Positions 56,131 through 64,000 of a DNA stretch of 64,000 bases are shown here, piece after piece. The position numbers and the translations under genes were made by a program. Source of the stretch: Carpediemonas membranifera BICM. Taxonomy: Eukaryota > Protista > Fornicata. The stretch is from the NCBI GenBank assembly GCA_019828565.1, contig JAHDYR010000067.1, forward strand, positions 170,723 to 234,722, read 5' to 3'. Numbering within the stretch: the first letter of the stretch is position 1; every line of letters begins with the position of its first letter. The notes below the pieces were generated by a model, which worked only from the letters and a program-made list of their open reading frames with translations, was not told the origin of the DNA and made no database searches.

Positions 56131-59100
56131 TTACAACCCTTCCGACTTGGCCTGAGCAGACGACAAGAAGTCATCCAGAGCAGCAGCGTCTCTAAGGGAG
56201 CGGTATGGCTCCCAGGTAGCCTCGGAGTCTTCAAATCCTTGCCAATGGACAAGGTACTCTCTCTTTGAGACCGAGCCCGTGCCACGCGACTTGGATATCC
56301 GGTCGATATACCACTCCTCCACGCCGGCGGCCGCCACCTGCTTGATCTGTTCCTCTGATAGGGTGCCGGGGACGAACTTTCTGACGCGAGACGCATCGAC
56401 CCGGATGGGTTCCGCTCCGGGCTGACCTAAGTCTTTCACCATGTAGGCTACTACAACACCGCTCTGCTTGACAGACGACACTCGTCGCATAGGCCCAATC
56501 TCCAGCCCGGGGAAAGCTTGTTTGGAGGGCGCGAGGGATATTTCACGAGCACAAACCGTGACAAGATCTCCGTGCGGGTGGTGGAGGCCTTCGCCAACGC
56601 GTCTTCGCGCATGGCCAGGACACGTGCCTTGGCCAATTGTGTAGCGGCTTCGGCAGCGAGGAGATGCGACGTACGAGCTGCTGCCGTGCTGTTCTCGGTA
56701 ACGTATAACTACTCCGGCACCGCCATGTTGCTCCCGAACAGTATCTCGGCGGGGGAAAGGCGTGTTGGTTGTCTTGGCATGGAATTGACAATAAACTGCG
56801 CAACCGGTAAATGCTGACGCCAATTGCCGTTTCTGAGCTCAAACTTCCTTGCCTTGAGCACTCTCTCGACCATCTGGTTAGCTCTCTCAACCATTCCGTT
56901 GGACTGAGGGTGATGCGCGGTGGTAACGTGTGTCTCGAACCCCATGTCCTGTGCCAGCTTCTTCATGAGAGCGTTATTGAACTCGGGACCTCCGTCAGAC
57001 TGCAGCACTCGTGGGCAACCGTAACGCAGCACCCATGTGTTGACGAAGGCATCCACGGCATCGCGTGCGGTGGTAGACTTGACGGGGGCTAGCTCCGTCC
57101 ACCTGGAACACATGTCTATCATGACTTGGACGTATTTGTAGCCGTCACGCTCCGGGAGCGGACCTAGAGTATCGATTGCCACCCGCTGGAACGGTGCATC
57201 CACAGCCGTGTGTAGACCGTCTGTTTTTTCAACAGGCGGTCTCTCCAAGACCTGGCAGACAGGGCACTTGGCGACGTAGTCGTAAACGTCACGGCGAGTA
57301 ACTGAAACACCGGCTTCCCGCAAACGTTCCATGGTTAACCGTCCGGAGAGGTGGGCGTTACCGAACGGGTGGGCTTTGCTGATCTCATCAACTGACGCTA
57401 GCGAGAATACGCGCGACAGACCGTCGGCTCCCCCGTTGTCTAAACCGGCCACGTGCTTCAATTCGAAATCTAGGTCTGCAATAGAATCGGCCCATCTACG
57501 CACCTTAGCGTTACTCGACCTATACATGTACAAGAGGTTGCGATGGTCGGTCAGGAGCTCGAATCTCTCCCAGGACAAGAACTTCCTCCACTTCTGAAGG
57601 GCTGACACAATCGCAAAGGCTTCCTTCTCGCCGACACTCCATCTGGATTGGACGTCTGTGAAGGCTTTGGACATATAACACACGGGGCGACCCTCCTGCA
57701 GGAGGACAGCCCCGTACCCCACGTCGGATGCGTCAGTCATCACGACATGAGGTTTGGTCGCGTCGAACATCGCCAAAGAATCTGCCGAGCACAAGGCTTC
57801 TTTGATATCCGCTAGGGCAGCCTCTAGCTCTTTCTCTGGCACGGCCGTACGGTTAGTCGTTGCAGACACGAGTGGTTTGGCGCGGGTCGCGTAGTTCGGT
57901 ACGAAGTCGCGGAAGTAGTTAAAGAATCCGACTAGACCTTGCATCCCCTTGACTGTAGGCGACAGCTTCATGTCTTGGATATCGTTGACTCTCTCTGGTG
58001 AGATCCTGACTGACCCCTCGGAGATGATCCAGCCGAGGAACTCCACCTCGGCCCGACCGAACTGACACTTGTCCCTTCCGAGCTGGAGCTTGTACTCACG
58101 GGCGCGCTGGAGGACCTTCCTCAGGTTCTCGATGTATTCCTCTGGCGTGGCACCCATGACGATCACGTCGTCGATGTAAATGATGCAGGCGGTCCCAAGT
58201 AGCCCTCTGAACGCGTTTTCCATCGCTCTCTGAAAGAAAGCACCGGCATTGCGAAGCCCAAAGGGCATCCGTGTATATTGGAACTGGCCGAAGGTAGTCC
58301 TGAACGCGGTATACTTCCGGCAACGCTCAGTAAGGGCGATCTGGTGGTAGCCGGCAGACAGATCGAGCGTTGCGAACACTCGCTTACCCGAAAGTTGTGT
58401 GATAACTTCGTCAATTCGAGGGATGGGGTAATCAAATGGCTCTGTCATGGTGTTGACTTCACGAAAGTCGACGACAAAGCGAGTCTTGCCACCCTTCTTG
58501 GGTACGATGATAGTTGGGCTGGAATAGGCCGATTGACACGCCTGTATATACCTCTTGGCCAGAAGGGTATCGATGTGTTCCTTGACAACCGGGACCTTTG
58601 GGGGCGGAACATAGTAGGGACGTACGTGGACGACTCGATCGCCCTTGAGGCATAGGTCGTAGGGCTCGAGCTTGCTCGGTTCAGTACGGTCACGGAAGAG
58701 GTCTTCGTACTCCTTGAGCAGCTTGATCTGCTGGCTCGCGATACCATCGGGGAGGGTAAGAGCCTTAGCTTCAAACTTGCTCGGGACGGGAGGATCGTCA
58801 GTTGCTTCGCTCTCCGAGTTGCTAGGCTGGGCCATTGAGGGCAGCAGTCCGATCTCTACCATCTGGCTGTAACCAAAACTGACTTCGTACGCAGTTTTGA
58901 GAACGAAAGCGCGGATCTTCAGCTCGCAGCCACGTGGCGTGAAGGGAGATGGCCTCAACGTGATCTGCACCGATACGGTGCCTTCAGCTTCTCGTATTCC
59001 ACCTGCCGTTTGGATGCGTACAGTATCGTGGTTGATCCTGGTAACGGCTGGCGAGGAGCACAGATCGGGAGATATCGTGGCACAGTCAGCACCAGAGTCT

Positions 59101-59318
59101 AGTAAGACCTTCACTTCGGCCTTCTCGATGACTCCATTGACTACAGGCAACGACCCTCCACCTGACGCAGCGGAAAATAAACACTTCGCCCCGTTTACTG
59201 GGGACTTAAAACGACAGAACTTCTCGAGGTGACCCTGCTTCTTGCAAACCGGGCATGTGGCACGATCCCGCGGGCACTTGAAGGATGGATGGCCCGTCTC
59301 GCCGCAGTTGTAGCACAC
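56131..59318 (-). CDS. B2 NC-PR-RT-RH-IN-chromodomain polyprotein
   Basis: Same motifs as B1; small indels near 56495 and 56710-56755. Confidence 0.95.
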
Positions 59319-60174
59319 CAGCTCGCGCTTGCCCTCTCCTCGTTGGTTCGGGGGCTCTTGCGGCTGGCTTATCCTGATGATGAGGCTTGGCGATTGGCTT
59401 GGGGGCGGGATGGGTGGGTTCGTGGTGAAGACCGCGATGGGGTTTGCCCGACTTAGCCTTGGTTGACGACTGCTTGTCGGTCATTCCGATGGAACGCAGC
59501 ATGGCACGGGATTCCTCGATATCGCGAGCGATATCAATCACCCGCGGCATAGCCAGTTCGAGGGAGAAGCCTTCGGTGAGATCCTTAACCTTGTACTGAA
59601 CGCGCGAATTATCGGGTAGCTTAAAGCAACGCGCGTAGGTGTCGCAGAGGATCTCAGAGTCTACCCCGGGATCAACAAGGGAGAGGAGGGTTCTGAACCG
59701 TCGGTTCACTCGAACCACCTCCTGCGGAGTAAAGGACGAGATGGAGAGACGGAACAAGTCGAGACGGGCAGAAAAACGGGACGGTTGCAGTGCTCTACCG
59801 AGCCGCTTGAGGACGCGGTCGTCTTTAGCGAGACGCTTGGCCTTGCGCTTACGCTTGTGCGTCTTTCGGACAGCTGCGGTTAGGATGAGGGACTGCTGGA
59901 GGGGTTGCTCGTCGTCTTTAGGCGTTCCGGCTACTGGTGAACCTTCATCGTTCACGGGGACAGAGGCCTCGGCCGAGGGGATGGCTTCAGAGGCCTTGGC
60001 GAAGAGGTTAAAGCCGAGAGCGTCAGCGTACCGTTGGACTTCGGTGTCAATCATGTCGGCAACGTCGGCATCACCGCCTTTGGCTCGGTACTCGGACAAA
60101 TCCTCGGCGAATCGGACTAACGACTCAATGGTCGTCTTCTTTAGCATAGGCATATTGTTATAGAGCGTCATCAA
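59206..60174 (-). CDS. B2 gag
   Basis: 322-aa ORF after the 5' LTR. Confidence 0.87.
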   Translation of the reverse strand: MMTLYNNMPMLKKTTIESLVRFAEDLSEYRAKGGDADVADMIDTEVQRYADALGFNLFAKASEAIPSAEASVPVNDEGSPVAGTPKDDEQPLQQSLILTAAVRKTHKRKRKAKRLAKDDRVLKRLGRALQPSRFSARLDLFRLSISSFTPQEVVRVNRRFRTLLSLVDPGVDSEILCDTYARCFKLPDNSRVQYKVKDLTEGFSLELAMPRVIDIARDIEESRAMLRSIGMTDKQSSTKAKSGKPHRGLHHEPTHPAPKPIAKPHHQDKPAARAPEPTRRGQARAGVLQLRRDGPSILQVPAGSCHMPGLQEAGSPREVLSF

Positions 60175-61017
60175 AACGTGGAATACTAGTATTGTGGTTC
60201 GTTTGACGAACTATGTTTACAAGAGGAGAAGACTCGACACAATGGTGTCGAGGAGAAACTCCTTGACTAACTAATATCATATATAAATCTGTGTAATCTT
60301 GGGTGAGACCCATGACACCAGGCCCTCACCACGACAAGTCCATCGTCGGCAAAGCAGCCATGGTCCGCACCTACACCCGCGTAGGCTACAAGCAGCGCGG
60401 CCCCGTCCGAGTTGTTGGTGTGAGCACCAAGCCCAACACGTACAGCCTGCATGACCCGACCACGGAGACATCATTCGTGGCTCACGCAGACAGCATCCTC
60501 CAGTTCCAGGGCGACTACACCGACGACGAGCTAAAACACTGGGCGCTGAAACTCGCAAGAGAGTATGAGGTAGACCAGATCGTGGGCCACCGCACCCAAG
60601 ACGGGACCCTTCAGTTCAAGATCCGCTGGCTCGGGTACACAAGCGAGGACGACTCCTGGGAGAACTACACACGCGAGATCAACAAGCTAGAAGCACTAGA
60701 CATTTACCTTGAACAACACCCACACCTCAAGCCGACCCTGGCAGCCCAACGTAAGCGGAAATCATACATCAGATAATCGAGATTATGGGGGCTGGGCACG
60801 ATATCCGCGACATCCACGTGTGACCGTTTCTTACTTTCCGGGAACTCACAGCCTAAGTGGTAGAGCGTTGGCCTGCTGATCACGAGGTTGTTGATTCGAG
60901 TCGTATGAGATTAGGAAGGCTGTGTACTGTCGGCCTGGCACATTTGGGACGCTTTGAAGATGGCATATTGACACAGTCACATAAATAATACTTCCTCTGA
61001 ACCGCTTTTTTATTCTC

Positions 61018-62250
61018 TTAAGGGATGATCTCGAGGCTGAAATCCGACAGCGCGGGGTCATCGAGGGCCATCTCCAGGGCCGGGTGACCTTCCTCTAGCA
61101 TCTTCTTGACATCAGGAACAAGATCCTCCATGATCTTGACCAAATGCCTCACACCCTCACAGATCCAGTCCATACCTTCATCGCCCCACCAGGCTGTCTT
61201 GTTAACGTAAAGACAGCGGCCACCGCAGACGTTACGGATGGAGCACTTGTCGCAGGCACCGGCTACGTCGACGCGCTCAAGGTCAGACTTAGTGGATGTG
61301 TGGATGTCGCCAATACAGTTCCATGGCTCGTCGAAGCCAACCGGACATATCATCAGGCGGCCATCAGTGGTAATTGACCAGGTGTCGACACCAACGCCAC
61401 AACGGAGGCCATTGATCGCAGAGCGGCCAAGGACGGTGTTGAGGACACCGAGGAAGGGCACAATGATCGGCGCGCGACCCTCCTTCAGCTCAGCAACGAA
61501 GAAATCGCGGAGACGATCGAGGCTGGGCTTGTACTGATTGTTCATCCAGCCGGGGAAGTCGCCCCAACGTGTGTTCATGGGAGCATCGAAACCGACGTCC
61601 ATCTGCCAGTAGACCGCGGTGAATGGGACCGGCGCATCACGGAGAAGATGGATTGCTTCAGCAGCAATGTCCGTCTTCATCGAGCACGTCATGCGGGCTA
61701 CCAGAGGGCCCTTGTAGCCCCTGTCGATGGCGTCATGGACGTTATCCATCACCCTCTTGTAGAGTCCTTTTGATCTGTAGCCATCGGTGGTAGCTTCACT
61801 GCCGTCAATGGACACAAGAATGGACCAAAGGCGGAGGAGGTATTCTGTCGGCAAGGAGTGGAGCAGCGTGACGTTGGACTGGAGGATGAACTGCGCCTTG
61901 GGGTAACGGTCCATCACCTTCCGAAGGAACGGAATGCTTGTAAGCGGCTCGCCACCATAGAAGACGACGGTTATTCCCTCGCCATCCTCAGACTCGAAGA
62001 ACTTGGCAAGATCATCCACGGGGTATGTAGGACGGTGTGGCATCTGCAGGTCTTCAGCCGTGGCACCACAGTACGTGCAGGACAGGTTGCAGTCCGCAGA
62101 GGTAAACACGAAGAAGAGACTGGGATTGGTCTTGGACTTGGTAACCTGAGCAGTACTATCCGCCGCTGACATCAACGTTTCAACGTTTTCAGAGCAACGC
62201 TCGTTGAGTTTGCCCGATATTAGCAAAATCGCAGGATAAGGTCTGCACAA
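61018..62250 (-). CDS. Radical SAM/SPASM-domain protein (likely start near 62172)
   Basis: CNLSCTYC, YGGEP, VSIDG, and C-terminal CGVG..C..CDKC..CGGRC. Confidence 0.92.
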   Translation of the reverse strand: MCRPYPAILLISGKLNERCSENVETLMSAADSTAQVTKSKTNPSLFFVFTSADCNLSCTYCGATAEDLQMPHRPTYPVDDLAKFFESEDGEGITVVFYGGEPLTSIPFLRKVMDRYPKAQFILQSNVTLLHSLPTEYLLRLWSILVSIDGSEATTDGYRSKGLYKRVMDNVHDAIDRGYKGPLVARMTCSMKTDIAAEAIHLLRDAPVPFTAVYWQMDVGFDAPMNTRWGDFPGWMNNQYKPSLDRLRDFFVAELKEGRAPIIVPFLGVLNTVLGRSAINGLRCGVGVDTWSITTDGRLMICPVGFDEPWNCIGDIHTSTKSDLERVDVAGACDKCSIRNVCGGRCLYVNKTAWWGDEGMDWICEGVRHLVKIMEDLVPDVKKMLEEGHPALEMALDDPALSDFSLEIIP

Positions 62251-62258
62251 AAAATGCG

Positions 62259-62663
62259 ATGCAGTTTACGGGCCAAGCAGCTCTCTTTGAGCATATCTAT
62301 CGAGAACGCGAGCAACCGTTCAGCTCCGTCAAGTGCCCGTGCAAGATCAAGCCCAAGAGAGTAAACGTTGCTGTGAAGAAGACCCCAGGCTACGAATATA
62401 AGCAATATCTATCTTGTTCTATAAACGGATGCCTCTTTTCAGCTGGATCTAACCCCATCGTAGGCGAAGACACTAAGGTTGTGTCTGCGTCATTCTTTGT
62501 CACGATCCCCAGAGTCGGGGAGAGGCCCTTCGTCATGATCAAGACCAAACACATGAGACACTCCAAGTGGGTGATATCAGGCCTTGCCTCGCATGACATA
62601 AAAATGTGGTCTCCCAGAAGTGACAAAGAAAAATGTTTATTGGGTCAGGTCGACATGAAGTAA
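62259..62663 (+). CDS. Hypothetical protein
   Basis: 134-aa ORF only. Confidence 0.3.
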   Translation: MQFTGQAALFEHIYREREQPFSSVKCPCKIKPKRVNVAVKKTPGYEYKQYLSCSINGCLFSAGSNPIVGEDTKVVSASFFVTIPRVGERPFVMIKTKHMRHSKWVISGLASHDIKMWSPRSDKEKCLLGQVDMK

Positions 62664-63373
62664 CTGGGCCATGTCATTCTTGATTTACGTGTAACACAGC
62701 AATACGTCCAAAAAATGCCATCCTGAAGAAGGTCCCGGAGGCGGCAGGACACTCGGACGAAAAGGCGCTCATGTGCATATTCCACCACGACTGTAAGGTA
62801 AGGTTACCTCACTCCTGCCGGCCTGGGTGTCCTTCCCATCGTGCTTGCCAATGACAGTCACGGCCGTATGCTCTCTCGCATGGGGCGGTCGAGTCCGGCT
62901 CCGAGGGTCGGCTCACTGAGTGTGGGGTCTGTAATGCCCAGTCGGGCTGCTCTCGACGCCATCAGTGCTGAGCCGTTTCCACTGACCGCGAAGTCCAGCC
63001 CGGCACGGCTGAGGCTTCATCAGGGTCTCCAGAGTCCACTTGCGACACCGACGACGCCGAGTCACGCTCCAGCGACAGTGACGACGAGTCACCTCATGAT
63101 CTGGCTGGCTACATCGAGCTAATGTGGAGCCTCTTCCACAACTTCATTGACGGCCCCGCTGCTCTCCTTCGGAAACTCAACAAGGGGCGCCTCTTCAAAT
63201 TCGCTACCGACACGGTTCGCACCGTGCGCTTCTGCTCGTCTCCCGTGTGGCCGACCTGCTAGCGGCTTGGTCGGAAGAGGGTCTCTCAAGATAGCTACCC
63301 GATGCCCTGCGGAAGAAGCTAGCCGAACTCGAGCGGAAGCAGGAAGAATAAGGTCATTGCCGACAAGAACAGC

Positions 63374-63667
63374 GTGATTAAGAAGCTGAAACGGGATCTG
63401 AAGAGTGTAAAAATCCGTCGTTGTGCTGCTTCATGTGTACCGGATTCGGAGAGGGGCCAAGGATTTACTATCCCATCCGACGTCACTCTTGCTGGCATCA
63501 ACCACAAGGTCGACCCTGACTCGGGTGCTGATTGCTCACTGCTTGTCTCACAGGCAGAGGCCACGAGAGCCCGCCTGAAGGTGAGAGTCATTGCATGCCC
63601 GCCGAGAATCTTCGCAGTCGATGGCAGACCCATCCACATCGCAGGCCAAGCAACGGTGAAGCTATGA
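63374..63667 (+). pseudogene. Retropepsin-like remnant
   Basis: DSGADCSL and flap-like AVDGRPI. Confidence 0.55.
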
Positions 63668-64000
63668 AGCATTTTATGTCGCCGCCTAGCTATTGGGGTC
63701 GAAGAACGTGGGAGGCATGCTGCTCGCCACCTCGGTGGGCTGGGCCACTGGCATGTCGGGCATGAACATCCCCTCCCCGGGCATGCCCGCGTCTATGGTC
63801 TCAAACGACGGCACGGCCGCGGTATACCGGCTGACGCCAGCTAGGCCGCGTCGACGACCCGCTGGCCGACGGCGTCCCTCGGAGTTGCCACCGCCGACAA
63901 CAGGCTCGGGGAGTGGGGCTGCCGAAAGTGGGGCGTCAAATGGCGAGGGTGGGGCCGCGTGGCTGGAGGCAGAGACTGACCCGGGGAGATCATACATTGG

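Larger units (their letters stand above)
54278..60317 (-). mobile_element. Ty3/gypsy element B2, near-identical to B1
   Basis: 125-bp LTRs at 54278-54402 and 60193-60317, TSD CCAG. Confidence 0.97.
52701..60776 (+). mobile_element. Deleted or chimeric Ty3/gypsy element C, interrupted by B2
   Basis: Probable 84-bp 5' LTR at 52701-52784, gag 52801-53280, RH end and integrase 53329-54277 with stops, chromodomain tail 60318-60776; no matching 3' LTR. Confidence 0.75.

Noticed and set aside
19407-60317. B1/B2 as a segmental duplication or assembly duplicate
   Set aside because: Different TSDs (GCGC vs CCAG) and different targets show independent insertions.
1-64000. CRISPR arrays, rRNA and tRNA genes
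   Set aside because: No regularly spaced repeats or recognisable RNA gene motifs seen; the short repeats are explained by LTRs, TIRs and TSDs.
62700-64000. A further complete LTR element at the right edge
   Set aside because: Only a decayed protease-like piece is visible; no LTR, palindrome or RT could be defined.

Overview
Eukaryotic, gene-dense DNA with tiny 29-37 nt GT-AG introns, probably from an anaerobic protist (inference). About three quarters of the window is a nest of transposable elements around a few host-like genes: condensin CAP-G, a 7TM protein, a BED-finger ORF and a radical SAM/SPASM enzyme. (1) At least six families of Ty3/gypsy LTR retrotransposons, mostly chromodomain-bearing, with very short LTRs (63-125 bp) and 4-bp TSDs, nested in one another. 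Every 5' LTR I can recognise is followed not by a tRNA primer-binding site but by a perfect 12-bp palindrome overlapping the LTR end. The palindrome sequence differs in each family, which suggests a tRNA-independent priming mechanism. (2) An 8.0-kb block (35745-43734) is inserted into the gag of a young LTR element. It carries OTU, SET, PHD and caspase/CHAT-like genes and no transposase. A related module at 1-10.7 kb shares a 322-bp repeat and two paralogous genes, and adds a kinase remnant and an 855-aa putative DDE transposase. Together they suggest a family of large DNA elements carrying chromatin-modifier cargo. (3) IS630/Tc1-like elements that each carry a convergent second gene. (4) LINE and SINE-like insertions with a structured 3' region. 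Many single-base frameshifts fall in homopolymer runs and may be assembly errors.
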